A stretch of 32,000 nucleotides of DNA, taken from assembly GCF_000025125.1 (NCBI RefSeq), contig NC_013771.1:300001-332000 (forward strand). The letters run 5' to 3'. The position numbers and the translations under genes were made by a program. Below, piece by piece: positions 9,229 through 18,881 of the stretch (position 1 is the stretch's first letter; the number at the start of each line of letters is the position of its first letter). The notes below the pieces were generated by a model. It made no database searches. It worked only from the letters and a program-made list of their open reading frames with translations, and was not told the DNA's origin. The stretch is from Candidatus Atelocyanobacterium thalassa isolate ALOHA. Lineage in GTDB: Bacteria > Cyanobacteriota > Cyanobacteriia > Cyanobacteriales > Microcystaceae.

Positions 9229-10197
9229 ATGTCTTCTCCACTAAAGGTAGGATCTTTAAACCTTAATAGTAGAGTTTTTCAATCACCTTTAGCCGGAGTA
9301 ACGGATCGGATATTTCGTAAGTTAGTTCGACGTTATTCTCCTAATTCCATGATTTATACTGAAATGATTAATGCAACGGAATTATGTCATTTAAAGAAAG
9401 TGCAACAACTTGTTGATATTGAACAAAAACCAATTGGGGTACAAATTTTTGATTCTCGTTATGACTTTATAGTAGAAGCAGCTAAGAAAATAGAAAGTCA
9501 AGGTGCTCAAATAATTGATATAAATATGGGATGTCCAGTTAATAAGATCACAAAGAAAGGTGGGGGCTCTTCATTATTAAAACAACCTAAAGTGGCTCAA
9601 AAAATTATTTATGAAATTACAAGAATAGTAAAAATACCGATTACTGTGAAAACAAGAATTGGTTGGAATGATAGTGGTATTGATATATTAGATTTTGCAA
9701 AAATGATGGAAGATGCCGGAGCCGCTATGCTAACTATTCATGCAAGAACTAGAGATCAAGGCTATAACGGAACTTCTCACTGGAAATGGGTTAAAAAAAT
9801 TAAAGAAAATTTACTTATTCCAATAATAGCGAATGGCAATATTTTTTCTATTGAAGATGCAGTAAAATGCTTGGAAATAACAAATGCAGATGGAGTTATG
9901 TGTTCTAGAGGAACTTTAGGGTACCCGTTTCTTGTAGGAGAAATAGATTATTTTTTTCAAACAGGATATTGTTCACAAATAATTACTCCTTATCAAAGGC
10001 TGAAATGCGCTAAAGAACATTTAAAAGAACTGTGGAAATATAAAGGTAATCAAGGGATTTATCAGGGAAGAAAACATCTTCGCTGGTACTGTCAAGGATT
10101 TCCTGGTGCATCAGAATTAAGAAAAAAAATTATATGTATTGAAAGTATAGAGGAAGGTTATAGATTATTAGATAAAGGTATTGAATTATGCACATAA
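9229..10197 (+). CDS. dusB: tRNA-dihydrouridine synthase (DusB-like)
   Basis: Dus TIM-barrel motifs are present: SPLAGVTDRIFR, DINMGCPVNKITKKGGGSSLL (catalytic Cys), HARTR, and ANGNI...DGVM. Length is 322 aa. Confidence 0.85.
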   Translation: MSSPLKVGSLNLNSRVFQSPLAGVTDRIFRKLVRRYSPNSMIYTEMINATELCHLKKVQQLVDIEQKPIGVQIFDSRYDFIVEAAKKIESQGAQIIDINMGCPVNKITKKGGGSSLLKQPKVAQKIIYEITRIVKIPITVKTRIGWNDSGIDILDFAKMMEDAGAAMLTIHARTRDQGYNGTSHWKWVKKIKENLLIPIIANGNIFSIEDAVKCLEITNADGVMCSRGTLGYPFLVGEIDYFFQTGYCSQIITPYQRLKCAKEHLKELWKYKGNQGIYQGRKHLRWYCQGFPGASELRKKIICIESIEEGYRLLDKGIELCT

Positions 10198-10659
10198 AAA
10201 AATATGCTAAAGATCTTGTTAAATTGTAACCACTAATTAGATTTAGAGATATCTATAATTGTTTCAGTCATAGAATAAATTATTATGTAGTCTGTAAGAG
10301 ATACCACTTGATAATATTTATACAGTTTTTTAAAAATTTGCTATGTGTACGAAAGAATAAATTAAATGTTTTATATTGTCTAATACAGCAATTCTCTTGT
10401 ATATTACACAGCATTATTAAAAATAATAATTAGTTTCTAACCTTAATAGTTTCATAAATATTTTGTTGCTATCTTTCTTGAAGATAAATAATTAACCTTT
10501 CAATAAAAGTTAATTTTCATTTAATTTCAGTAGATAATTCAAAAAAATGTTATATTAACGAGAGTATCTAATTTTAAAACTTCTAAATTTCTATTTGTAT
10601 ATACATATATTAAAAATAGAATTTATTACTTATTAACTATTTGTCCGGATCCTCCAAAC

Positions 10660-12294
10660 GTGACTACTCAAAATTCTTTTATTAACAACAACTCAGAGAC
10701 TCTTCCAATAAACGTTATGGGTGATAGCTTCAATCATAATCATCAAATGATAGTCATCCTTGACTTTGGTTCTCAGTATTCAGAATTAATCGCACGTCGA
10801 ATACGAGAAACACACGTTTATTCTGAGGTTATGTCCTATCAAACTGATATAAAAAAAATATGTGAACTTAATCCAAAAGGAATTATTTTTTCAGGAGGTC
10901 CTAATTCCGTCTATAGTGACTTTTCTCCACAATGTGACAGAAAAATATGGGATCTTGGTATTCCTATCTTAGGTATTTGCTACGGAATGCAGTTGATGGT
11001 ACAACAACTTGGAGGACAAGTTGAAAAAGCTAAGTATGGAGAGTATGGTAAAGCATTATTGAGAATAGATGATCCAACAGATCTATTTACTAATTTAGAA
11101 GATGGTTCTATTATGTGGATGAGTCATGGAGATTCATCCACAAAACTACCTGAAGGATTCTCTATTTTAGCTCATACAGAGAATACACCATGTGCTGCAA
11201 TTGCCAATCATGATAAAAAGCTCTTTGGAGTGCAATTCCATCCAGAAGTTGTACATTCTGTAGGAGGAATTGCGATTATACGTAATTTTGTTTATCACAT
11301 TTGTGGGTGTGAGCCTACATGGACTACAAAAGCTTTTGTTGATGAAACTATTGATGGAATTCGTAAAAAAGTTAAAGACAGAAAAGTCTTACTAGCTCTA
11401 TCTGGAGGAGTAGACTCTTCAACATTAGCTTTTTTATTGCATCAAGCTATTGGCGATAATTTAACTTGTATGTTTATCGACCAAGGCTTTATGCGAAAAG
11501 GAGAGCCGGAACGTCTTGTAAGCATATTTAGTAAACAATTTCATATCCCTGTCGAATATGTTGATGCAAGAGAACGTTTTATAAAAAAATTAGAAGGAAT
11601 TGTCGACCCTGAAGAAAAGCGTCATCTTATTGGGCATGAATTCATACAAGTATTTGAAGAAGAATCACAACGTTTGGGACCTTTTGATTATTTAGCACAA
11701 GGTACACTTTATCCTGATGTAATAGAATCTGCAGACACTAATATCAACTCTAGTACAGGAGAAAGAGTTGCTGTTAAAATTAAAAGTCACCATAATGTTG
11801 GCGGATTACCCAAAAATTTAAGGTTTAAATTAGTTGAACCTTTGCGCAAATTATTCAAAGATGAAGTTCGAAGAGTTGGCCAATCTATTGGCTTACCCGA
11901 AGAAATTGTGCGACGACATCCTTTCCCCGGACCAGGACTAGCTATTCGTATAATCGGAGAAGTTACTGCAGAGCGTTTAAATATACTAAGAGACGCAGAC
12001 TTTATTGTAAGAGATGAGATAAGTAAACAAGGTGTATACCATGACTTTTGGCAAGCATTTGCTGTTTTACTACCTATTAGAAGTGTTGGAGTTATGGGAG
12101 ATAAACGTACCTACTCTCATCCGATAGTATTACGTTTTATTACTAGTGAAGATGGAATGACTGCAGATTGGGCCAAGGTTCCTTATGAACTTTTGGAAAT
12201 TATCTCTAATCGTATCGTTAATGAAGTAGAAGCAGTAAATCGTATAGTTTATGACATCACTTCAAAGCCTCCAGGAACAATTGAATGGGAATAA
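10660..12294 (+). CDS. guaA: GMP synthase (glutamine-hydrolysing)
   Basis: The GATase domain has [16 protein letters not shown] (catalytic Cys) and QFHPE. The ATP-PPase P-loop is SGGVDSS, and the C-terminal end is [12 protein letters not shown] 10660 gives 544 aa. In-frame ATGs at 10717 and 10744 are alternative starts. Confidence 0.93.
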   Translation: MTTQNSFINNNSETLPINVMGDSFNHNHQMIVILDFGSQYSELIARRIRETHVYSEVMSYQTDIKKICELNPKGIIFSGGPNSVYSDFSPQCDRKIWDLGIPILGICYGMQLMVQQLGGQVEKAKYGEYGKALLRIDDPTDLFTNLEDGSIMWMSHGDSSTKLPEGFSILAHTENTPCAAIANHDKKLFGVQFHPEVVHSVGGIAIIRNFVYHICGCEPTWTTKAFVDETIDGIRKKVKDRKVLLALSGGVDSSTLAFLLHQAIGDNLTCMFIDQGFMRKGEPERLVSIFSKQFHIPVEYVDARERFIKKLEGIVDPEEKRHLIGHEFIQVFEEESQRLGPFDYLAQGTLYPDVIESADTNINSSTGERVAVKIKSHHNVGGLPKNLRFKLVEPLRKLFKDEVRRVGQSIGLPEEIVRRHPFPGPGLAIRIIGEVTAERLNILRDADFIVRDEISKQGVYHDFWQAFAVLLPIRSVGVMGDKRTYSHPIVLRFITSEDGMTADWAKVPYELLEIISNRIVNEVEAVNRIVYDITSKPPGTIEWE

Positions 12295-12378
12295 AATAAA
12301 TACTAAAACTCAGCCATAGCATCGTAATTTAATATTAATTAAATTACGATGCTATGGCTGAGTTTTAGTATTTATTTT
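12293..12378. terminator. Perfect 41-bp-stem, 4-nt-loop inverted repeat overlapping the guaA stop codon; candidate intrinsic or bidirectional terminator
   Basis: I checked the pairing base by base. 12293-12333 pairs with 12338-12378 with no mismatch, the loop is atta, and the 3' flank is T-rich (tttattttta). Confidence 0.5.
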
Positions 12379-12397
12379 TATAAGTTTTAAAAATATA

Positions 12398-12435
12398 AAC
12401 TTCAAGATCCTTCATCTGAAGAACTTCTTGAAGTT
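12398..12435 (-). terminator. Stem-loop downstream of vipp1, a candidate terminator
   Basis: aacttcaag (12398-12406) pairs with cttgaagtt (12427-12435), with an inner cttca/tgaag hairpin. It lies about 30 nt after the vipp1 stop on the minus strand, and the downstream flank is A/T-rich. Confidence 0.35.
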
Positions 12436-12464
12436 ATTACTTTCATAAGTTTTTATTCTCGTAA

Positions 12465-13241
12465 CTACATATTATTTAACTCTCGTTTAAGTTTTTCTAA
12501 CTCTTCATCATCAGTAATTTGATCTTTAGAAGAAAAATCACTATCTTCGGTTGATTCAGGAAGAATACCTTGTGGAGTACTAGAACCAGATATTTGAGTT
12601 TTTAACATTGCTAGCTCTTCGTCTACTTCACTACTAGCTTCCAATTGGGCAAACTGACCTTCAACTCCAGCCGCTGCAAGCTCTCCTACAGATTGAGACT
12701 GAGCCTCCATATCTAAAACCTTGCTTTCCATTCTCTCAAAAGCAGACATAGAAGTACTTGTATCTAATCCACTCATGGTTTTTTGTAAAGATTGAGTAGC
12801 TTTTGCTGCTTTTGAACGGGCAATAAGAATATTTTTTTTAGTTTTAGCCTCTCCGATTTTACTTTCTAAAGTAGCTAAATTTTGACGCATTGTTTCAAGT
12901 TGAGCATTTTGCTGGTTAAGCTGCTCATTGAGAGTCAAAGCAGTTTCAGAGTAAGATTTCTTACGTACCAGTGCTTCTCTAGCAAGGTCTTCTTCTTTCC
13001 TTGATATAGCTAATTTTGCTCTTTGTTCCCAATTGTTAGCCTCCATAAGTGATTTTTTATACTGCGATTCGATCCGTTTTTGGGAGCTAAGACTTTGAGC
13101 AAAAGCTTGCTTTAATTGAACTAAATCTTCACTCATATCAACAAGTGTCTGTTCTAAAACCTTTTCTGGATCTTCTGCTCTGCTGACAAGATCGTTAAGA
13201 TTAGCTCTCACGACCCGACTTAGACGATCAAATAGTCCCAT
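12465..13241 (-). CDS. vipp1: Vesicle-inducing protein in plastids 1 / IM30 (PspA family)
   Basis: The N-terminus is MGLFDRLSRVVRANLNDLVSRAEDPEKVLEQ. It has long PspA-type coiled coils plus the extra acidic C-terminal extension typical of Vipp1 rather than PspA. Length is 258 aa. Confidence 0.9.
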   Translation of the reverse strand: MGLFDRLSRVVRANLNDLVSRAEDPEKVLEQTLVDMSEDLVQLKQAFAQSLSSQKRIESQYKKSLMEANNWEQRAKLAISRKEEDLAREALVRKKSYSETALTLNEQLNQQNAQLETMRQNLATLESKIGEAKTKKNILIARSKAAKATQSLQKTMSGLDTSTSMSAFERMESKVLDMEAQSQSVGELAAAGVEGQFAQLEASSEVDEELAMLKTQISGSSTPQGILPESTEDSDFSSKDQITDDEELEKLKRELNNM

Positions 13242-13475
13242 AATATTTTATTTCCTCTTGATATTGATAAATTTTACTAAGGTTTATGATTAAAATAACA
13301 TTTTTATCTCTTAATTGAGATATATTAATTTCTAGTTTATCAGTTGTTTTTCAATTAATCATTAACTTGACATTAATTAGATAACTTAAAATGTATTTAA
13401 TAAGTATACGGCAATAATAAGAAATTTATAATGGTATGATAATCTATTCTAACTTTTCCTATTACTGTTTTGTAT

Positions 13476-13793
13476 TTAGTCTTTCAATTCCTGTTGTCTA
13501 ATTGCCTTAATTCGATTTTCACGAAAGGATTTAGTAGCTTCGCTAAGATTATCCATAGTATCTTCTATAAATTCGCCACCATTGCGGCTTCTTTGAAAAT
13601 TAGTTTTGTGCATTAAATTTAAAGGATTTATGAGGTTTTCTGATCCTTCAGTTTCATAATTTTTACCATTTTGGTAAGAATCCGTATTGATTGGCTTTTT
13701 GGATTGAGAATAAGCTTTTGGAATACTTGCAAAAGTAACTAACAGAAAAATTGGTAAAAATAGGAACTTGATTGGTTCAAATTTTTTAAACAT
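13476..13793 (-). CDS. Hypothetical small secreted protein
   Basis: The 105-aa ORF has a plausible signal peptide (MFKKFEPIKFLFLPIFLLVTFASIPKAYSQ) and lies 39 nt downstream of the ABC permease on the same strand. I recognise no family. Confidence 0.45.
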   Translation of the reverse strand: MFKKFEPIKFLFLPIFLLVTFASIPKAYSQSKKPINTDSYQNGKNYETEGSENLINPLNLMHKTNFQRSRNGGEFIEDTMDNLSEATKSFRENRIKAIRQQELKD

Positions 13794-13832
13794 TTAAAGT
13801 TATTACTCCTATAGATAGTTATTAGGTTTAAA

Positions 13833-14708
13833 TTAATTAAATTTTCGACGCAATAGTGGTTGGATAGAAAGCAAAACTAACATATCAAATCCTAGTAACA
13901 GGAGCAAGATTTTTATCCCGGTTAACTCGATAAAAGGAGCCTTGAAGACAATATCATTCATAGATAAATTTCCATAAACATAAATATACCTTATAAATTC
14001 AATAGCATAAGTTAAAGGATTTAAACTTGCAATAACCTGTAACCATCTCGACATAAAAGATAAAGGAGCAAGAGCAGTACTTGCAAAAAGTAGAGGTAGA
14101 TTAGTTACAAAAATAACAGCGATAAGTTCAATATGACCTGGCAATGCAAAAGCAAGTCCTAGACTCATTCCTGTTACTCCACAAACAGTTAATAAAACGA
14201 CAAGAATAATTGCTGCTAAATTATAAATATTTGGAATTCCAGCTCCTAACATTGAACTTGCTATTATGATAACTCCTGTTTGAAGTAAACTAAGACTTAC
14301 AATATACAAAGTAGAAGATGCAACGATAGAATATCGAGAAGATAGTGGAGCAACTAATAAACGATTAAGAAATCCAAACTCCCTATCAAACATTATAGGA
14401 AGCCCTGCATTTAATGATCCTGAAAAAGCTGTAAATACTATAATTCCAGGTGATAAAAATTTTGCATAATTAATATTACTTTCAAATATCCCTTCTGGAG
14501 CATTATGAAATAATGCTCCAAATAATATTAACCACATAAAAGGTTGAACAATACCTGCTATTAAGGTTGAAGGCCGACGCCACAATTGAATAAATAAACG
14601 CTTAGTCATAGCTAAGGTTTCTTGTAAAAATTTTGATAAAAATTTTTGTTCTTGGCAAGTATTACTTATAGAATTTGGCGATAAAAAATCTTTATTCTCA
14701 GAAAGCAC
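13833..14708 (-). CDS. ABC-2 type transporter permease
   Basis: It is a six-TM hydrophobic protein with the typical N-terminal ...LFIQLWRRPSTLIAGIVQPFMWLILFG, immediately downstream of the cognate ATPase. The listed start is GTG 14708, and ATG 14609 is an alternative. Confidence 0.8.
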   Translation of the reverse strand: MLSENKDFLSPNSISNTCQEQKFLSKFLQETLAMTKRLFIQLWRRPSTLIAGIVQPFMWLILFGALFHNAPEGIFESNINYAKFLSPGIIVFTAFSGSLNAGLPIMFDREFGFLNRLLVAPLSSRYSIVASSTLYIVSLSLLQTGVIIIASSMLGAGIPNIYNLAAIILVVLLTVCGVTGMSLGLAFALPGHIELIAVIFVTNLPLLFASTALAPLSFMSRWLQVIASLNPLTYAIEFIRYIYVYGNLSMNDIVFKAPFIELTGIKILLLLLGFDMLVLLSIQPLLRRKFN

Positions 14709-14764
14709 AAGTTTTTTTCAATTTGTTAATTATTGTTCTACGATTTTAGCTTATATATTAAGAT

Positions 14765-15787
14765 TTAGTTCATTTGTTGTTTTTTCTCTTTCTTTAAGTC
14801 TCGATTACCTATAGCAGCTAACTCAGCATCCATCAAGGTTTTTCCTGTTGCTGCTAAATATACATCATCAAGGCTAGGACGAGATTGAGATAAGCTAAAA
14901 ATAGATAGATTAGATTCTTTAAGAGTTTTTTCTATTTTACCAAATAAGTCTATTTCTTCTTTAACTATTAAATTTAAAGAATTACCTTGAGAACTATTAA
15001 TAATAATTTCTTCTACAAAAGATAGTCTTTGCAGCACTTCTTGAGCTTTATACACATCTTTAAGTTCTGAGAATTCTTTAATCTTCAAAGTTACACGATT
15101 ACCACCTAAATGATTTTTAAGTTGAGTCGGAGATCCTTGGGCAATTACTTTACCGCGATCAATAATAGCTAAGTTGTCCGCTAAAGAATCAATTTCTTCT
15201 AGGTAGTGACTTGTTATAAGAATTGACGTCCCTGCTATTTTAAGTTGTTTAAGAAATTCCCAAACTATCAATCGACTCTCAATATCTAGACCAACAGTAG
15301 GTTCGTCAAGAACTACTAAACTTGGCTTATGTAGTAGCCCAGCTGCGATATCAAATCGTTTACGAATTCCTCCTGAATAATCTCCTATTCTGCGATCGCT
15401 ATATTCATCAAGGTTTAATAAAGTTAATAATTTTTTAATTCTATCTTCAGCATCATATCTAGGCAAATGATAAAGAGATGCTTGTAACTCAAGTAGTTCT
15501 CTACCTGTTAAAATTTTATCAAGAGCAATATCTTGAGCTACATAACCCAGAAAGTTCCTAACGATATTTGGGTATTTTAATACTGAGATCCCACCTACTG
15601 TAATCTCTCCACTATCAGGTTTAGTTAAGGTACATAAACATCGAATAGTTGTCGTTTTACCGGATCCATTTGGCCCTAACAAGCCAAAAATCTCCCCTTT
15701 ATTGATATTAAAGGAAATATCTTGAACTGCTTTCACTGTATTGAAACTTTTTTGTAACGATTCAACTGTAACTAAAGGAGTCATCAT
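14765..15787 (-). CDS. ABC transporter ATP-binding protein (DrrA/ABC-2 exporter type)
   Basis: It carries Walker A (GPNGSGKTT), the signature sequence (YSGGIRKR), Walker B (LVVLDEPTVGLD) and the H-loop (ITSHY). Length is 340 aa. Confidence 0.9.
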   Translation of the reverse strand: MMTPLVTVESLQKSFNTVKAVQDISFNINKGEIFGLLGPNGSGKTTTIRCLCTLTKPDSGEITVGGISVLKYPNIVRNFLGYVAQDIALDKILTGRELLELQASLYHLPRYDAEDRIKKLLTLLNLDEYSDRRIGDYSGGIRKRFDIAAGLLHKPSLVVLDEPTVGLDIESRLIVWEFLKQLKIAGTSILITSHYLEEIDSLADNLAIIDRGKVIAQGSPTQLKNHLGGNRVTLKIKEFSELKDVYKAQEVLQRLSFVEEIIINSSQGNSLNLIVKEEIDLFGKIEKTLKESNLSIFSLSQSRPSLDDVYLAATGKTLMDAELAAIGNRDLKKEKKQQMN

Positions 15788-15977
15788 TTATTTGTTGTTT
15801 TATATAGAATTCAGATTATTTAAAAGATTCTTATTATCAACTTCTTCTTAAAAATTTTATACACAATATTAAGTTAATAAAAAGTAAGTAAAAGTTTTGA
15901 TACTAACCAATAATAATACATCTTTTTAAAATCTATTCATTAAATTTTATATAAGGTATGCGACTACATTTATGATC

Positions 15978-16016
15978 AATTTTGAATAAGTTATTTCTGA
16001 CAACTTATTCAAAATT
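15978..16016 (-). terminator. 15-bp perfect stem-loop downstream of pcyA
   Basis: aattttgaataagtt (15978-15992) pairs with aacttattcaaaatt (16002-16016) around a 9-nt loop. It lies about 50 nt after the pcyA stop. There is no clear U-tract, so the terminator role is tentative. Confidence 0.3.
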
Positions 16017-16067
16017 ATTGAAGTTTCATTTAATAAGCAAAACTATTTATATTTTTTTGTATAGTAG

Positions 16068-16802
16068 CTAATTATTAGTACTAAATAATACTTGTGATAT
16101 GTAGTTATCAGCCCATTCCTCACCAAAAAAATACTCTAAAATGCGGCGAGTTTTATCATTTTGTTTTTGTCTATTACAATAATATTCTTGTCCTTGTAAA
16201 TTTAGATACTTTTCATGATCAGAAATTATTTTGGAATTTGCTGATTGTTCGCAATGTATTTGTAAAATGTTTTCAACCTGTTCAAGAAAATTATTTTCTT
16301 CTTTTAAATTAAGAGGCTGAATAAATATGCAATACTCTGAAAATATGTCTCCCCAGTCCGGTAAGTCACGAGTTACTAAAAAATCATGAGATTTTAATTG
16401 AGATAGTTTTTGCTGATATTGTTTGGAAAGTTTTACTTTAAGATTGGTTGGGGATAGGTCAGCAACTGCAGCACTAATTTTATTTTTTCCTATAACTAGA
16501 TCACATCCAAATATAGGTAAAGAATATTCAAGGCGAGGAAACATTACACAATGAAGAATGTCTAGTTTTTGTTCATACCTTACAAGCTCTAAATGGATTT
16601 TACTAAATTGATGTGATTGATAACAAAAGTTTTGGATTATTAATTTATCTGTTTTTAACGCACACTCTACATAGTTTAAATTTGTTGGTAGTTTGCATGG
16701 AACTAAATAAAGATTTTTTTCCCAACAAGAAACTATAGAATTGGCTAATTTATAAATTAAAGGATGTAAAGGCAAAAAAATAGTTAGATTTTGAACCATC
16801 AA
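16068..16802 (-). CDS. pcyA: Phycocyanobilin:ferredoxin oxidoreductase
   Basis: It resembles known PcyA over its full length, for example LDILHCVMFP...LPIFGCDLV...SAAVADLSP, DWGDIFSEYCIFI, LQIHC, YCNRQKQNDKTRRILEYFFGEEWADNYISQVLF. Length is 244 aa. Confidence 0.9.
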   Translation of the reverse strand: MMVQNLTIFLPLHPLIYKLANSIVSCWEKNLYLVPCKLPTNLNYVECALKTDKLIIQNFCYQSHQFSKIHLELVRYEQKLDILHCVMFPRLEYSLPIFGCDLVIGKNKISAAVADLSPTNLKVKLSKQYQQKLSQLKSHDFLVTRDLPDWGDIFSEYCIFIQPLNLKEENNFLEQVENILQIHCEQSANSKIISDHEKYLNLQGQEYYCNRQKQNDKTRRILEYFFGEEWADNYISQVLFSTNN

Positions 16803-16873
16803 TCTTTCAGTATTTATAATTAATCAGTAATCTATCTTGATCAGATAAGATATCTTTTTTTCATTCATTTAAT

Positions 16874-17164
16874 TTAATCCAAAATTTCTTTAATAGCTAA
16901 TTCTAGTTCCTGTTGACTTAAATCTGTAACAATAAAAACTTCCTGAACTGTTTTGCCTTGTCTAGCTATTACTTTAAATCCTCCTAGGATTTGCACCGAT
17001 ATTCTTAACTTTAAGTGTGGACAATGGCTTTTAGCTCTGCCAATAACCCCAGGAGCAATAGTTCTAATACCTGGAAAAATAACTAACTTTTCTAAAATAG
17101 GTATCAAACCTTCTAAATGAGTCGAGTGATTCCAAATCAATCTTCCTTTATTTTCCCGAGTCAT
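16874..17164 (-). CDS. Conserved cyanobacterial hypothetical protein (DUF2103-like)
   Basis: This 96-aa ORF lies 4 nt downstream of clpS on the same strand. The family assignment is from memory of the WNHSTH...GVIGRA pattern and is not verified. Confidence 0.55.
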   Translation of the reverse strand: MTRENKGRLIWNHSTHLEGLIPILEKLVIFPGIRTIAPGVIGRAKSHCPHLKLRISVQILGGFKVIARQGKTVQEVFIVTDLSQQELELAIKEILD

Positions 17165-17168
17165 AAGT

Positions 17169-17489
17169 TTATATTCCTTCCAGTGGAGCCATTGTCAATC
17201 CTTCGCGGCGTAATTGCTGGTGATATAGTTCTGCTTGCTCTAAGGGACCCATCCAAACGGTTGCAAATCCATTAAAATGGATTTTTTGAGTCAACTCCCA
17301 GGCATGGCTTTTAGTCATAGCAGGAATATATCTTATTAAACAATTAGCAACATGGTCGAAAGTATTAAAGTCATCGTTAAGAACAATTATTTTGCAGTTG
17401 GGATAAGGTTTATAATCAATAACTGCTGAATGTTTTATATTGGTTGATATAGATGTTTCTGGAATGGTTATGGACAATCTCTTGAACAT
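17169..17489 (-). CDS. clpS: ATP-dependent Clp protease adaptor ClpS
   Basis: The ClpS core reads YKIIVLNDDFNTFDHVANCLIRYIPAMT...AWELTQKIHFNGFATVWMGPLEQAELYHQQL. Length is 106 aa. Confidence 0.85.
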   Translation of the reverse strand: MFKRLSITIPETSISTNIKHSAVIDYKPYPNCKIIVLNDDFNTFDHVANCLIRYIPAMTKSHAWELTQKIHFNGFATVWMGPLEQAELYHQQLRREGLTMAPLEGI

Positions 17490-17969
17490 AAATTTTAATA
17501 AATAAAAAATTTTCGAAAATTATGAGTACAGTCTAGCTGAAAGTTTAACAATTTTTCATAAAAAAAACAGTTTTAAAAAACTAATCACTTTAATTATTAA
17601 AAACGATTCTTAAATATTAAGAAATTTGTGGTAAAAGCTACTAAATATATTTTGATTGTATAAAACATAATTAATATAAAATCACTCTTGCAAAAAAATG
17701 ATAAATCTTTGAGATAGCTATAAAAAAACTCAATTTGCACAATAAAAATTAAGCTTGTTAAACTTATATATAATAAGTTTATAGCTGTTTTTTCAATATA
17801 GAAAACAGTGAATAAATTTAAAGTAAGATTAACTTTTAGATAAGCTTTGAAAATACAATAACTACATAATATAAAATATGACTTTTATTTAATGTATCGT
17901 GTACTTGTACTATATACTGGTCTACTATAAATTGATATTAATTTAAGCATGGTATAAATAACAAACCTT

Positions 17970-18530
17970 ATGGTACAACGGGAAAAAATACGTGACCTCC
18001 AATTAACAGCTTATGAAAACTTCAATCTAGAATGTGAAAATATCACAATACCGCTCAAATTTTATTTTTACGAAACACAACGTTTAGTTAAAGTTATTGC
18101 AGGGAAAAACATAATAGAACAAATATCAGAATTTGAGTTTCGTTTTCACATGAAAACTTTAAATTTTATAAATATTTATCACTTTCAACCTATTGTAACT
18201 ATTAAAGTTTTACCAGATGGACAAGGTGCTGTTTCTTTTGAATCTCAAAATTTTGAAATAATAGGTATTAATTATATAAATCATAACTTTTCCTTGAAAT
18301 TTAAAGGTAAGTTATTTTCTAAAGAAAAAAATAATAGAACATTTCTGCAAGGTCAAGCATATCTAACTTCTTCTCTAGATTTACCATCTAATTTATGGAT
18401 AGTTCCAAAATCCATACTACAAAAAGCTGGTGATGCATTATTAAAAAATATTTTAGACCGTATCAGAAAAAGCTTATCAGATGAACTGTTGAATGATTAT
18501 CGAAGCTGGGCTAACTCACAACAAAAATAA
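17970..18530 (+). CDS. DUF1997 family protein (cyanobacteria/plastid lineage)
   Basis: The pattern is typical of DUF1997: YFYETQRLVKVI, FRFHMKTLNFINIYHFQPIVTIKV, the LQGQAYL...DLP...P segment, and C-terminal LKNILDRIRKSL...LLNDYRSW. Length is 186 aa. Confidence 0.65.
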   Translation: MVQREKIRDLQLTAYENFNLECENITIPLKFYFYETQRLVKVIAGKNIIEQISEFEFRFHMKTLNFINIYHFQPIVTIKVLPDGQGAVSFESQNFEIIGINYINHNFSLKFKGKLFSKEKNNRTFLQGQAYLTSSLDLPSNLWIVPKSILQKAGDALLKNILDRIRKSLSDELLNDYRSWANSQQK

Positions 18531-18881
18531 GTTTTTAAAAACTGTAAAATAAATTCTTACCACCATAAAAGAATAATTAAAGTTTAATGAAATATGTGAA
18601 ATTATCTAAATCTTATTATTCCTTTAATATTTATTTTTTTCCTAAAGCGTGACTAAATGAATTTAAAAATAAACTTATTGAATTTTTAAAAATTAAAAAT
18701 TTAGTGCATAAGCCTTTCAAACCTCTTAAGATTAAAGCTTTGAGGACTTTAATCCTGTTTAAAGATTTAAGATTCAGAAGTCGCAATAAAACTTAAAATT
18801 TAAAATTAGTAGGGTGTGCTGTCCAGTAGTAAGCTTTTATTAAGAGTTAAATACTATCTAGTAAAATAAGGATACTTACTC

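Noticed and set aside
9197-9244. Upstream mini-ORF (MIHMSSQLKKKCLLH*) overlapping the dusB start. ATGTCTTCTC is duplicated at 9206 and 9229, and an A9 run sits directly before the dusB ATG
   Set aside because: The duplication is only 10 nt and the mini-ORF only 15 codons, in A/T-rich DNA. This is most simply chance or a small slippage event, and nothing supports a regulatory leader peptide. It is worth knowing only as a homopolymer prone to sequencing error next to a start codon.
10198-10659. 462-bp spacer upstream of guaA, examined for a riboswitch, an sRNA or small ORFs
   Set aside because: There is no G+C-rich structured core, no recognisable riboswitch consensus, and only mini-ORFs of 12 codons or fewer. 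This cannot be excluded without covariance-model searches such as Rfam/Infernal.
16094-16312. 72-aa ORF antisense to pcyA
   Set aside because: The opposite strand encodes a full-length, clearly recognisable PcyA, so this is a shadow ORF.
17490-17969. Possible replication origin: a 480-bp AT-rich spacer where gene orientation switches from a minus-strand block (12465-17489) to a plus-strand block (17970-25881)
   Set aside because: I found only one near-match to a DnaA box (tgtggtaaa, about 17626-17634) and no cluster. There is no dnaA or dnaN nearby. Other divergent spacers (4450-4763, 30053-30463) look similar. GC-skew analysis of the full genome would be needed to settle this.
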